A DNA stretch of 64,000 nt from Octopus sinensis. Taxonomy: Eukaryota. The DNA is taken from NCBI RefSeq assembly GCF_006345805.1, contig NC_043015.1:20150001-20214000 (forward strand). Reading direction: 5' to 3'. The notes under the pieces were generated by a model. That model searched no databases. It worked only from the letters and a program-made list of their open reading frames with translations, and was not told the origin of the DNA. Positions 26,148-39,084 of the stretch are shown piece after piece (position 1 is the first letter of the stretch; the number at the start of each line of letters is the position of its first letter). Position numbers and translations under genes: made by a program.

Positions 26148-26519
26148 TTGTGAGTCTGTGTTTGTCCCCTAACCATCACTTGACAACCGATGTTGGTGTG
26201 TTTACGTTCCCGTAACTTACCGGTTCTGTAGAAAACCGATAGAATAAGTACTAGGCTTACAAAAAATAAGTCCTGGAGTCGATTTACTCAACTGAAAGGC
26301 GGGGCTCCAGTATGGTCGCAGTCAAATGACTGAAACAATAAAAGAATAAAAGAAATATATATACATATAGGCGCAGGAATGGCTACGTGCTTCCCAGCGA
26401 CATGGTTTCGGGTTCAGTCCCACAGCGTGGCACCTTGGGCAAGTGTCTTATAATATAGCTTCGGGCCGACCAATGTCTTGTGATTGGATTTGGTAGATGG
26501 AAACTGAAAGAAGTTCGTC

Positions 26520-26565
<46 letters not shown>

Positions 26566-26650
26566 GAGTCTGTGTTTGTCCCCCAACCATCGCTTAACAA
26601 CCAAGACCGATAGCATAAGTACAAGGCTTACAAAGAATAAGTGCAGGGGT
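25890..26650 (+). mobile_element. Two tandem SINE A copies
   Basis: 25890-26352 near full length; 26368-26650 with deletions. Confidence 0.85.
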
Positions 26651-26767
26651 CGATTACACTTATTAGCGCTGAAAAGATTCAAACTTCAACCCCGATGTCT
26701 TTGCAAGGGATCAATTCTACAAGATAAAGAAAGGCATAAGAGGGATCATATATATGCGTATGTTTAG

Positions 26768-26998
26768 GGCGGTGAGCTGGCAGAATCGTTATCACGCCGG
26801 GCGAAATGCCTAGAGGTATTTCGTCTGCCGTTATGTTCTGAGTTCAAATTCCGCCGTGGCCAACTTTGCCTTTCATCCTTTCGGGGTCGATTAAATAAGT
26901 ACCAGTTACGCACTGGGGTCGATGTAATCGTCTTAATCCCTTTGTCTGTCCTTGTTTGTACCCTCTAAGTTTAGCCCCCTGTGGGCAATAAAGAAATA
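26768..26998 (+). mobile_element. SINE family B, full length, tRNA-derived head
   Basis: GGCGGTGAGCTGGCAGAATCG (A box) ... GAGTTCAAATTCC (B box) ... tail GCCCCCTGTGGGCAATAAAGAAAT. Confidence 0.88.
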
Positions 26999-27098
26999 TA
27001 TAAGTGTGTGTGTGTGTGTGTGTGTGTAGATACATGTTTTCCTGTCTGTGTGTGTCTCTCCTTCACCACACACACGGACACACACATCTATACATATA

Positions 27099-27306
27099 CA
27101 GGGTTGGCCAGAAGTCACCTGACAGTAAATCAAAAATTCCATAAATACCATCTGTAATTCTGTATTGACTCGGATGGAAAAATGAGTCGCTCAAGAAGGA
27201 TTTCAGTTTGAACAATTTTCACGATGATTCGTATTCAGATAACATAAATAAATCTTGGAATTAAATCTTGGATTTTGATTTACTGTCAGATGACTTTTGG
27301 CCAAAA
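27099..27306. mobile_element. Tc1/mariner-type MITE
   Basis: TA-CAGGGTTGGCCAGAAGTCACCTGACAGTAAATCAAAA versus TTTTGATTTACTGTCAGATGACTTTTGGCCAA. Confidence 0.7.
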
Positions 27307-28018
27307 CGTTTCTGTGCATATAAACACACACACAGATATAAAGGAATATATGATGAAATTATGCACTCAATCTTACACGTAAAAAGAAGATATACCTATG
27401 CAACAACCACTTACACTTTCATACACAAACCAGCTCTCTCTCACACACGCAATTATAAAATACTTGTTTATACATAATCATATTAAAACATTCTACCCAT
27501 GGGACATTTGATACTAAACATATGTAAACATAACACGCACACACGTACGCACTAAAACAGCTAATATTTTGAATGTGAACTATCATGAAATATTTCACTC
27601 TGAACATATCAAAAACAAGAGCCCTGTCAGTGTATCAGATGAGATTTTGGCTCTTTATCAATCTCATATTAACGTTTACATAGCTTTATCTAATATGGTT
27701 TATTAACATAGACACAGATGTTAAAATTTTTACATGGTGTATATCGTGTCTGTATATTTAATACTTGCAATGTTTTAATGATAAAAATATGAGCAAGCGT
27801 ATTATACACACACAACACTTTGAATTTGGATTTAGACTTGGTTTGGGTTTGACGAGAACTAAAATAAAACCATCGTACATGATGCTTGTCTCATGTTGTC
27901 AGATGATAGCCGTCTAAAAACTATAGAGTTCTGAACGCCATGGGATTTAAGTGGCAAGAGCTTGTACAACACTTTTGCCACTCTCTCGGCCGCCATAGTA
28001 GATCCCACGTTTATAGAC

Positions 28019-28441
28019 TTTATTTCTTATGAGTAACATTACCAGTGGTAAAGCTGGTTGCACTTTATCTGGGAAGCAATTCGCTCTAAATCCCGACGAC
28101 CATGAGAAGTTAAACGGTGACCACCATTGGGATCTTTCTCGGAAAACTTAAAGTTTTCCACAGCCTGTAAAACACGTCGGGCAATGGAAGCTGAAGCCGG
28201 ACAAAAATGACTCTACCAATTCTTTAGCGTCCTCCATCTATTTTTGTGAATGCTCCAACACTAACGGGATATTTAATATAAAAAATGTCAGCAAACTGAA
28301 GCAGCCCATATATAAAACCAGTCTTGACTGTAAGGAGCTAATTTGTTGAATCTTCCTAATTTTACAATCTCAACCCGATCTGGAATTTTCATTTTATCAG
28401 ATTATTTTAAAGAAAGCACCCAATGCTTTTGGGAATTGATG
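28019..28441 (-). pseudogene. RPS19: Processed pseudogene of 40S ribosomal protein S19 (eS19)
   Basis: Minus-strand translation with stops and frameshifts: KALGAFFK*SDKMKIPDRVEIVKLGRFNKLAPYSQDWFYIWAASVC*H..VGAFTKIDGGR*R.G..SHFCPASASIARRVLQAVENFKFSEKDPNGGHRLTSHGRRDLERIASQI, collinear with eS19. No introns; AATAAA at 28024-28019. Confidence 0.9.
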
Positions 28442-29075
28442 TTTTGCGCTCGGAAGCCGTGATTGCAGAATGTGATAAGCATTGCAAGATGGCGGGTACT
28501 ATTTTGACTGCAAGTTTTTATTTTATATTAGAGGATCTTTCTTCTAGAAGAGCTACCTTCTTCAGGGTTCAGTCAAAAATAACGGGAGCCCCCTTTAACT
28601 TCTGGGAAATTTATTTCACCCCAAAATGGGACCCTGATTGGAATTACCGTTCCGGGTCAGAATGGATCTGGAAGTAATGATAATTAAAGGGTTACACGCA
28701 CATAAACAAACACACGTACGCATGTGTCTGTGTGTACCCTTGCTCTGACGTCATATGATGGTTGTAAACGAGTTTTACCGTCATACAAGAGATGCTGTAC
28801 GTTTCCAGTTTTCCTTGAAAAAAATGTCTGGTTCTGGGAAAATATTACCTTACTTGGAAACAGGTGAGGGTTTGGTAACTCAAGGGCATTCGGCCGTAGA
28901 AAATCTACTCCAACAAATTCCGTCTGATCCATGCAAGCATAAAAATTCGACGTTAAATGATAATAATGGTGATGATAATGTGTGCTTACATGCGCTTGAA
29001 TGAGCGAATGGTGGTGTATGTGTATATTTCCTTCAGTATAAGTGCGTCGAGTCGTATATGTAACTATTCCAGTAT

Positions 29076-29124
<49 letters not shown>

Positions 29125-29332
29125 TAATGTTAATTTAATATGCTTATTGTACATACACAGATTCTATCCCTCTTTTACACAAATATATATTTATACATGT
29201 ATCCTCATTTATCGCGTTTGTTTGATTAAAAAAAACTGCCGTATTAAATGAATCAGTGACATGAATAATAGCACACAATAGAAAAATAGGCTTCGTTCCG
29301 AGTTCGCTGGGGTGCACATTTGCTGTCCAGGC

Positions 29333-30033
29333 TGAGAAATTGTTTTTCTACGAGAGTTCCGGACCTCAGGAATGAACTCATTTGTATACAGCCAATCAGA
29401 GCAGAGCCACCTTTATCCTTTCTAGTCAGCACCGTGCATTCCTTTCTCTTTCCCTCTCTACTGGCAGACAGCAACTTCTCCGTCCTCTAACAACCTGTCG
29501 AGCAAACGAATAGATATATGTAAATAATACTTCTTCCTTCTTGGTGTTGATCCTTCTATGTTCACCGGTCACTCCGACGTTGGTACATTGATACATTTGC
29601 ACAAACTGAATTGCTGGAGTTATCTTATTTTTTCCAGACATATGTTTTTAAAAAGTTATACAGGTTTAAAGTTTATACAGGAAACAGGGTCAAACTTTAA
29701 ACCTCTATAACTTTTTAAAAACATTTTTCTGGAAAAAATAAAATATCTCCAGCAATTCAGTTTGTGCAAATGTATCAATGTACCAACGTCGGAGTGACCG
29801 GTGAACATAGAAGGATCAACACCAAGAAGGAAGAAGTATTATTTACATATATCTATTCGTTTGCTCGACAGGTTGTTAGAGGACGGAGAAGTTGCTGTCT
29901 GCCAGTAGAGAGGGAAAGAGAAAGGAATGCACGGTGCTGACTAGAAAGGATAAAGGTAGCTCTGCTCTGATTGGCTGTATGCAAATGAGTTCATTACTGG
30001 GATCCGGAACTCGCGTGGGAAAAAAATTTCGCA
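29333..30033. mobile_element. Foldback element (~340-bp arms, ~17-bp spacer)
   Basis: 29333-29675 is the near-perfect reverse complement of 29692-30033; direct repeat TCCAGGCTGA at 29326-29335 and 30034-30043. Confidence 0.9.
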
Positions 30034-30519
30034 TCCAGGCTGAACCTTTGATTGAACGCCAATACGTTATCACAGATCCATTCATAACAAGCATAACAGG
30101 GTCCAGATTTGAACGAACCGTGTTATCTCAGATAATTGATGTATGAATCAGCGATAAACGAGGATATATGTATAATGGCCTCTGCTCCTCATGCCTCCAC
30201 TCCCAGCTCAGGCATTTCCCACTCATTTGTCTTTCTTCCTTTCACCATCCTCGACGTGGTCAACTTTTCCTTCACGTACACTCTGCACTAATCATTACAT
30301 CCAATCCTTCTCTGAATGCCATCTCCCTGGAATTCACCCCTAACTAATATCTTTGTTGCAGGTGTTGATATGCAATGCTTTAAGAAAGGTGTTAATGGCA
30401 TGGATTTTACCTGTCTAGAAACACCTACGAAGGCTGTGGACGCTGCTCCCTTCTTCCAGACCACGCAAGTAAAAATAAAAAAACAAGACATACGACATGT
30501 ACACATACGTACATACCTA

Positions 30520-30905
30520 CATACATGGTGGTTGCCCTTCCTTCACAGAAAAAGGTCATCTTTCAATTAATAAATACCGTCGTGAGATCTTACATACGAC
30601 CAACGACAGCAAGCCTGGTTTGAGACAAACAGACTCTACTGCAGATGTAACAAACATTTTTAGGCAGAAATGTGTCCCCGATTGAAGTTAAGTCCTGTTT
30701 CAAAATAGATTGTTTAATCCTCCGTGCTTCAAATGCTTTACAAACACTTCTTTCCAAACCGATCGATTTTCTGTCATCTGCTCCCAGTCTTCAACATCTA
30801 CACTAAGAGCTTTGAGGTTGTTTTCGACAGCATCCTTAAAACCTTTCTTAACGTTTATATCTCGGACGTTAACCATTTGCAACTCCCCACCGCGCCCCGT
30901 AAAAC
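30520..30905 (-). mobile_element. RTE/BovB-like LINE 3' fragment
   Basis: KKGFKDAVENNLKALSVDVEDWEQMTENRSVWK (RTE C-terminal pattern), followed by a CxxC remnant. Confidence 0.7.
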
Positions 30906-32329
30906 AACTATTTAGGTTCTCTACTCTAGAAAGGATATAATTACACACTGTTAAATTGTTTGTATAATAAAACTTGACATAAAAACATTAATATATGCAT
31001 AAATACACACGCAGACATTAATATAAACAAACTAAACATTAATATAATAAATGCATACGCATATATGGGGCTAAAACAACAGTAATGTTCATCCCAACCG
31101 GGACTGCCAGATTATGTTGGCAAATAATCTTTATATATATCCACTTCACTTCCACTATCTCCAACACCTCTGTCTCCTTCCTCGACATTTCGGTTAGCAT
31201 TCTTCACTCCACTCTTACCACCTCCATTCACTACAAACACACAGACTCACACTCATACCTCAACTTCTCTTCCTCCCACCCAGAACACACCAAGCTTTCC
31301 ATCCCCTATTCCCAATTCCTCCGTCTACGTAGGCTCTGTAGTGACGACCATGACTTTGAGACTCAGTCTCAACGTATGGCTCACCACTTCACCCTACGTG
31401 GATACCCCCTCACCACTATCCACACCGCCCTTGCCAGAGCACGGTCCGTGGACCGTGTATCTGCTCTCTCTCCCCGAACCCGCCCTGTAGTCTCCCGCCT
31501 CCCTTTTCCCCTCACTTACCACCCCACGACCCTACGTCTCCAACGCACCATTCTTCGAGCTTTCCGTCATCTCCAGTCCGACCCGTCCACTTCACACCTC
31601 TTCCCTAACCGACCCTCCCCTCTTTCAAACGAGCCCACAACCTTCGAGACCTTTTGGTCCATAGCTCCTTCCCTGACCCTACCTCCCAACCCGGCTCGTT
31701 CCCTGCTCCCGCCCACGTTGCCGCACTTGCCCTTACCTCTCCAACACCACCCGCCTCACTAGCACCCACCATCGACCCTATCCCATCATCCACTCCTTCA
31801 CCTGCACCTCCAGCAATATTATCTATTGCATCTCTTGCTCTCTCTGCAATTCCTTGTACATCGGACAAACGGGACGCCGCTTGGCTGACCGGTTCGCGGA
31901 ACACCTTCGTGACATCCACCTTGCGAACGACACACCGTCTCACGCCATTTCCGCTCCACCGGTCACTCCTTGCAACACCTATCTGTGTTCGGTTTGTCCT
32001 TACACAGAGGCCATCCGGATTCCCGTTTGCGCCGTGAACGGGAATTAATCTTCTCTCTTCGCTCTTATACGCCATTTGGTCTCAACTCTCCCCCCTCCTC
32101 ACCTATCCTTTCCCCCCGACCCCTACTTCTTCAGTCCTTCATCCTTTCACCCCTACTCCCCTTCCCTTCTTCCCTCTTTCTCCCTCCCTCCTTCCCTCTG
32201 CTCCCTCACTCCCCCTCTCCCTCTTTCCTCCCCTTCCTTCTCCCCCTCCTCTCCTCTTCCCCCCTCTCCTCCCCCCTCTTCTCCTCACTACACCACACGA
32301 CTTCACACATCACATCATATATGATGTGC

Positions 32330-32620
32330 CATACTAATACATACACCAACTAATACATACTAATACGTACTAATACATACACCAACCCTATACATACACA
32401 CGTCCAGACCCCTCATACGCACTTATACTCTCTCATACACACACACACACACTTATACATACTAATACGTACTAATACATACTAATACATACACCAACCC
32501 CATACATACGCACGTCCACACCAATCCTACGCACTAACACTCTCTCATACACACACACTTATACATACTAATACATACACCAACCCTATACATACACACG
32601 TCCAGACCCCTCCTACGCAC
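32330..32620. repeat. ~100-bp tandem repeat (about 3 units) in the Penelope-like element 3' UTR
   Basis: ATACTAATACATACACCAACCC.ATACATAC.CACGTCCA repeated three times. Confidence 0.75.
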
Positions 32621-32794
32621 TATTAGCTGGTCCTTCAACCATATTATCAACCCTATTATCTCCCCTTATTTCGCTCTCGCGTCTCATGTTTGATCTTTGA
32701 CCTCTGGCCGAAATCAGATCGCCATGTTGATTCGTTAGCTACTGCACGCATTTTTTTTCTCTCCTTCTTTCTGTGTTTTTTTTCTCTCTGTGTA

Positions 32795-32832
32795 TCTTTC
32801 TGTTGAAGAGCGTAGGCTCGAAACGTTAAAGA
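32795..32832 (+). ncRNA. Hammerhead-like motif in the Penelope terminal repeat (core variant CUGUUGA)
   Basis: UCUUU-CUGUUGA-A-GAGC-GUAG-GCUC-GAAA-CGUU-AAAGA; 5-bp stem I and 4-bp stem II are perfect; A6 position is U. Confidence 0.6.
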
Positions 32833-32956
32833 CTTGTTTTATTTATATTTCCTGAGCGCCATACTAATACAATTGTTCGTTTGTTTTCCACCTGCCTTCG
32901 TCTTTTGTCTATTTTCATAAAGCTTCCCGTTATATATATATATATATATATATATA

Positions 32957-33330
32957 ACGGTTACGACGACGAGGGTTCGAGTTGATCCGATCAACGGAAC
33001 AGCCTGCTCGTGAAATTAACGTGCAAATAGCTGAGCACTCCACAGCCACGTGTACCCTTAACGCTGTTTTCAGGGAGATTCAGCGTGACATAGAGTGTGA
33101 CAAGGCTGGCTCCTTTGTTTGAATTACAGGTACAAGAGAAATAGGAAGAAAGAGTGAGTGCAAGTTGTGGTGAAAGGGTACAGCAGGGTTCGCCACTACC
33201 TCCTGCCGGAGCCTCATGAAAATTTAAGGGTTTTCGCTCAATAAACACGCATAACGCCCGATCTCGGAATCGAAACCACGATCCTATGGCCGCGAGTCCG
33301 CTGCCCTAACCACTGGGCCATTGCGCCTCC
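32957..33330 (-). mobile_element. tRNA-derived SINE family D
   Basis: Minus-strand head GGAGGCGCAATGGCCCAGTGGTTAGGGCAGCGGACTCGCGG...GGTTTCGATTCC; tail shared with 37058-37390 and 52890-53200. Confidence 0.85.
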
Positions 33331-33356
33331 ATATATACATTATATACATACAGATG

Positions 33357-33399
<43 letters not shown>

Positions 33400-33816
33400 G
33401 GGAGAAAGAGAAAATGAGTATGAAAGCAAAACGTGCTAAACTGTGAAAAGTAAAATATAAATATCAGACCATGTTTTTTTTCTCTGTTTTTTTTTTCTTT
33501 TCGACTGAATTCCTATCAATTGTGACGAAATATAGATTTATCACATTATTTCCACTTTATTGCATTAATGAGTTGCGGATACAATATGATCCCAATTGGA
33601 AACTTTAACATTTTTTGTGGGGGAAGGGAGTATTTGTCCATTTAATCACAGGAAAAAAATATCGTATTCTAAGTTGGCACACAGCCATAGTTACAGAAAG
33701 GAATATGGGAAAGAGAGAGAGAGAGGAGGAAAGGAAAGGGAAAGAGAGAGAGAGAGGGGGGGAGGTGGAAAGAGAGAGTATCTGAAAGTAAGTATGTATG
33801 TATGTATGTATGTATG

Positions 33817-33858
<42 letters not shown>

Positions 33859-34569
33859 TATACTCACATGCCACATCTCAGTGTGTGTGTGTGTGTATAT
33901 ATATATACACACACATACATACAAACGGAGATAGTGGTAGAGATAAATTTGATTACGCTTGGCATAGAAACACATGCATATATATTACAGTATAGAAAAT
34001 TATTACGTGTTTTCTATACTGGACACATCTAGCTCTAACCTATCGTCTGCATAATTATGGATGTGTGTGTGTATGTAAATATATATGTAATATGTACATA
34101 ATACTTACACACATACACACACATGTATATACGTCTAACGCTAGTACTCTCCTTGTTTTTCTTTGTCTCTATTCAAAAGATATCTTTCTTAATATTCCGT
34201 ATCTGTTCGTTCATGTTTTTCCTACCATTCTTATACCTTTGTCGTGCAACATTTTCAGTCGACCGACTTGAATTCGTTTTTTTTCCCTTTTTCTTTTTTA
34301 CTCTGACACACTGCAAGACGAAGGAGAGCAATATTCTCCAAGCGCCGAAATCATAACGACTCTGGATAAAACGTTTCTTTTTTTGTCCTTTCCGTTCATT
34401 ATCATACACTTTCTTCACCATTATTTTCATTTTCATTTCAGTTTGATGAAACTGACGTTTTGAAGATTCCAGTTCAAGACATTAAAGAGAACTTAGTCAC
34501 AGCGAATAAAATGTGAACTGCTCATGTCTTGGTTGGTTGATAATCATTTCATCTACTTAGCTATCCATG

Positions 34570-34760
34570 GTACATTTAACTCCTTTCATACAGCCATTCA
34601 ACGCGTTTTCGAGTGCTATTTAATTTTATTCCCTTGTTACTCAACAGTTTTTCTTACTGTTATTTAACCATTTCCCCCAAGGCTACTCAACTCTTTTTCA
34701 AGTGCTACTCAACCTTTTCTTCACTCTATACTCAAAACGTTTTTCAGAATTTCTCAACTT
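34570..34760. repeat. Degenerate ~22-bp period repeat
   Basis: YAYTYAAC-like motif at 34573, 34595, 34617, 34638, 34661, 34684, 34706, 34729 and 34751. Confidence 0.65.
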
Positions 34761-37057
34761 TTTTTTTTTAGTATTATTGACCCTTTTCCCAATCTTACTG
34801 TAAATGGTTTTATTTTGGTGGTTCTACTTTCAGTCTGGAAGGTAGCGACATTAACAGTTGCCCATATTAACCATGGGTACAACCTAGTACCAATGACAAC
34901 ATGCAAACCATCAACGTCTTGGTTTGTCAATCGGTACCCCGGCCTCGTTACCGAAGAATCGCTCAGCAAATTTATCAACCAGAAGTAACCCAAAGTAATT
35001 ACTTTCAACTAAGTGTATAAACCTTTGTGATTTACATGACCTGTCGGTTGGTCCCCTATCTGTAGCAAATATATAAAAACTGCATTCTATATAGCATATT
35101 AATGTATATACAAAGTATACAGGCCAGTTACTGCAGTAGTTGCCCTGAGATAGAATCTCTCATGGATGTGCGATGTTAAAAACACAGTAACTATCAGAGA
35201 AAGACGAAAATTGGTTCCAATAGCGGATATTATTGGTTCCAATAGCATATGAATTCCAGCCTTTTTGTGTCTTTTCAATACTACGTACTTGCAGCCAAGC
35301 ATATGCTTGGACGAGAATTCGTCGTTTCTTATGAAGGAGAAAGTGAATAAAATATTCACTGATGTTGCGATTAGTCGCTCGGTTTATTAAAAACCTCGTA
35401 TATGTAATTGAGGTATTTAATTAGAATAGCCATCTCTGTGTCATACTTAATGAGTACGCTCACTTGATTAGCCAGATACTGAAATATTTGCCGTAAGATA
35501 ATATTTCTTATGGACTTGCTGTGTTAAAAACTCAGTTGCATATATAAAAAAAATCGAAAAATCGTCAACTTTATATTTTGCATCTTGTTCTCATTTCTCG
35601 CATCTCCACTTTGACCTACATAACTGTTAAGATGCTTGCATCTGTAATGCGCTCCACATTCGAAGGAGCATTATTGCTAGCAGGTAGTTCGTACAAACTG
35701 CTATAGCTTACGTCAGGAAGGATGTACATAGTAATAACAGACAGACAGACAAACAGTCAGTCAAAATGACTGTCTCGTACGTAAATTTAGATAGCATTTT
35801 CGCTCTGTGATCTGTACAAAAATTACTTTAGATATTTTCGGTTGTGAAATGAATTGATGAGAAACGATAAGTAGTTAAACAAATGTTTGCTGCTCTTCGA
35901 AAACCAGCAGAATTTCTTACAAGTTGACACTGTTGTCTATTAGCTTAACAGATTAGGAAGATGTGCGGCGAAGATAGAGAGCAAACTGTACAGATTAAAG
36001 AATTGCCGTACATTATTTAATTGCATTTTTTCCCCGTTTTATACCTTTAAGACCGCCTCGTCACTGTGAAGTCAATAAAGTTTATGTTCAGTAATTACGC
36101 AGAAAGGTATTAAAGATTCCTTTTCATGGCGCCGTGCCAAGGTGGAAAATAGGTATTTGTGTTCTGAAAAAATATTTTTAACAAGGCTTATAGGCACAAA
36201 TATAGCTGTATGGTTAAGACGTTTGCTTCACAACCACGTGGTATTGGCATCTTAGGCAAGTGTCTTCTGCTACACCTCCGGGCTGACCATTGCCTTGTGA
36301 GTGAATTAGGAAGACGGAGACTGTGTGGAAACCCGTCGCGGATACATATTCACACATATGCACACAAATGTGTGTGTATGTGTGTGTATGTGCATGTGCG
36401 TGTGCACGTCTGAGTTTGTTTCCACACCGATTGACAACCAGTGTTGGTTTGTTTTTGTCCCTGTAAGTCAGCAGTTCGGCAAAAGAGATGGTTTAAAATT
36501 TTTCAACCCCAAAGCGAAAAAAAAAAACAAGAAAAAAAACAAAAAAGAATATGGACATAAACCAATCATGGGAAAACTGCGGCCCGCTAACGATGAGCCA
36601 TAATATCATGCGGCCCGTTTGTCGAAAAAGGTTGCCCATGTCTGAAAGTTTACATTGTAAACTTTTTGTCTTCACATTAACTAAAGAGCTGTAAGACGGT
36701 GGGTGTGCAGGGTCGGTAGAGCGTCGAAACAATGCATGTGGTATTTGCTTCGACTCTATACGTTCTGAGTTCAAATCTCACCAAGGCCAACTTTTTCAAC
36801 CCTTTTGAGGGTTGAAAAAGTACCAGTCAAGTACTGGGGAGGGAGTCGATGGTATCAGTTAACTGCTCTCCTCTTATCAAAAAGTTGATCTTGAGCCAAA
36901 ATTCGGGTCAAGGCTGATAGATTGGCAGAATCGTTAGAGCGTGGAACCAGTGCCATTTTATGGTAGGGCACACTCGGCCCCACAAGTCTAGGGGACCAAT
37001 TCTGATCGATGTATGTCGTGGCTTGCTGTCAATAAATAAATACTAAAGGATCCAGTG

Positions 37058-37395
37058 TGAAGGCGTGTGGCTCAGAGGTTAGGGGCATTCGGTTCATGAT
37101 CGTAAGGTCATGAGATCAATTCCTGGCGACGTGTTGTGCCCTTCAGCAAGGCTCTTTATTTCACATTGCTTCAGAGTCCACTCAGCTGGCAGAAATGAGT
37201 AGTAACTGAATTTCAAAAACGCCAGACTTGTCACACTCTATGCCACGCTGAATCTCACTGAGAACTAAGTTAAGGGGTACACGTGTCTGTGGAGTATTCA
37301 GCCACTTGCACGTTAATTTCACGAGCAGACTCTTCCGTTAATTGGATCAACTGGAACCCCAATCGTCATAAGCGACGAAGTGCTACATTTTTTTT
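37058..37395 (+). mobile_element. tRNA-derived SINE (family D-related tail) with TSD
   Basis: Head GGCGTGTGGCTCAGAGGTTAGG..GATCAATTCC; flanking AGGATCCAGTG / AGGACCCAGTG. Confidence 0.8.
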
Positions 37396-39084
37396 ATAGG
37401 ACCCAGTGCATTTATCAGCCCGGGGGTGGGGGATATAATTTTTGCTAAAACAGCTCTGCGTCGAACAAACTGCCCTGTATTTTTATTTGCTATCACTCTT
37501 GATGTTCTGAGTTCAAATGCCGCTAAGGTCAACCTTGTCTTTCATCCCTTCGGGGTCGATAGAATAAAGTACCAGTTTCCTTTAGAAAATGACATTTATC
37601 CAAGATGCCAAGCAAAGGGATCGAACCCAGGGCCGCGTGGTTGCGAAGCGATCCTCTTAATTATTCAGTCATATTACGATTACAGACAGACACACTGATC
37701 TCTCTGTACACTCATATGTTCCTAAGTACGTACGTACGTATGTATACGACGGTCTTCCAGAGTTTCTGTCTACCAAATTTACTCTCAAGTCATATTTCTC
37801 TTTCTGGTTCCGACTAAAAACTGTTCAGAGATCACAACGAACTCACGTTCCTGAGGAGCGCTGTCACAGTTATGAGCAAGAAAAAAATCATGGAGGAAAT
37901 TATTGCATTTGTTTTAAATTCCTTGATAATAGTAATTAATTCAAGCAATTCTCTTGAGAATGCTTAAGTTGTACACAGTGACATCATAACTCACACCTTA
38001 TCATCAGATTTTGCATTTTAATATAAGGCTATCTTCCCACAATTTTGACTGATGTTTTTGTGTTAAATTACTGTGCCCCAGCACTTTATCCGACTTTGTT
38101 TCTTCATATATTACACAAAAATATTTTAATGAAATTTTGCCGAAATACTTTTTCGAGAGTGTGAATTATTTAATGTCGATGTTTTAAAAATGTCTTGAAA
38201 AATAAAAGCGATATCAGACAAAGTAACGGAAATTGGTGATAAAATCAGGGTGAAAAGACATAATATAGTAGAAGACCCTCGTCCGAAGTACCACACAGTA
38301 GTACTGAACCCGAAACCACGTAATTATAAATCTTCACACGTTTAGTGTCTTATTTAATATACTAATATATTATTCCATTACGTTGTCATCACATCTCTTC
38401 TTTGTTATTCCAATTACTTTCCCCGTGTTCATTACACGACCCGTCACCATGAATTTGAATTAATGTCGTCCGCTGCTTTTTTGATGAGTAGATTGCTTTA
38501 AAGAATATTTATTTTCAGGTCAAATATAAATATTTTTTTGATCTCTTGAATGAAAGTCGTTCAACTTTTGTTTATGAATGCAACTTAAACTTATCATTAT
38601 CTTCGTTAAATATCTATTAAACAGTTTTTATATAAAATTCAGATAAAAAGAAAATGGAAAATATCATAATAAAACTTCAATAATTGTGTTATTTAATTAT
38701 CCATAATGATGCTTCTTTACCCGAGACTTTTCTGATAAATTACTTTAAAATGCGCCTATTTTTGAAGTTTTCGTTTTTCAAAGATAAATTTCTGACAGTG
38801 TAGATAATAACTATGATGATAAAATTTAGGGGAAAATAAAAGCAAACCAATGCAGAGATTTTGGTGATTGTTCTCTTTTTTGTTTTTTTGTGTGTGTGTA
38901 TACGATATATATATATAATTTCAGCAAAACAATTTAGATTCAAAAGAATATGGTACTTAACTTAGATGCACCAGAATTTTTTATGGTATTAACCATAAAA
39001 TTACGTGGGGTGATTATAACCAAGAAGAAAGCAACAAGAATGTATATATGTATATATATATAATATATATATATATAGACATAT

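Larger units (their letters stand above)
31135..32930 (+). mobile_element. 5'-truncated Penelope-like element (RT C-terminus, Cys-rich linker, GIY-YIG endonuclease, terminal repeat)
   Basis: VSFLDI..YKHTDSHSYLNFSSSHP..SIPYSQFLRLRRLCS..RGYP; RCRTCPY; FTCTSSNIIYCISCSLC..YIGQTGRRLADRFAEH; ERELIFSLRSYTPFGLN. Frameshifted; (TA)n on both flanks. Confidence 0.9.

Noticed and set aside
33255-33330. tRNA-like sequences (also 52062-52130 and 37058-37130)
   Set aside because: SINE heads fused to repeat bodies, without an intact acceptor stem
34570-34760. CRISPR-like array interpretation
   Set aside because: Repeats are only ~8 bp and degenerate, the context is eukaryotic and there are no cas genes
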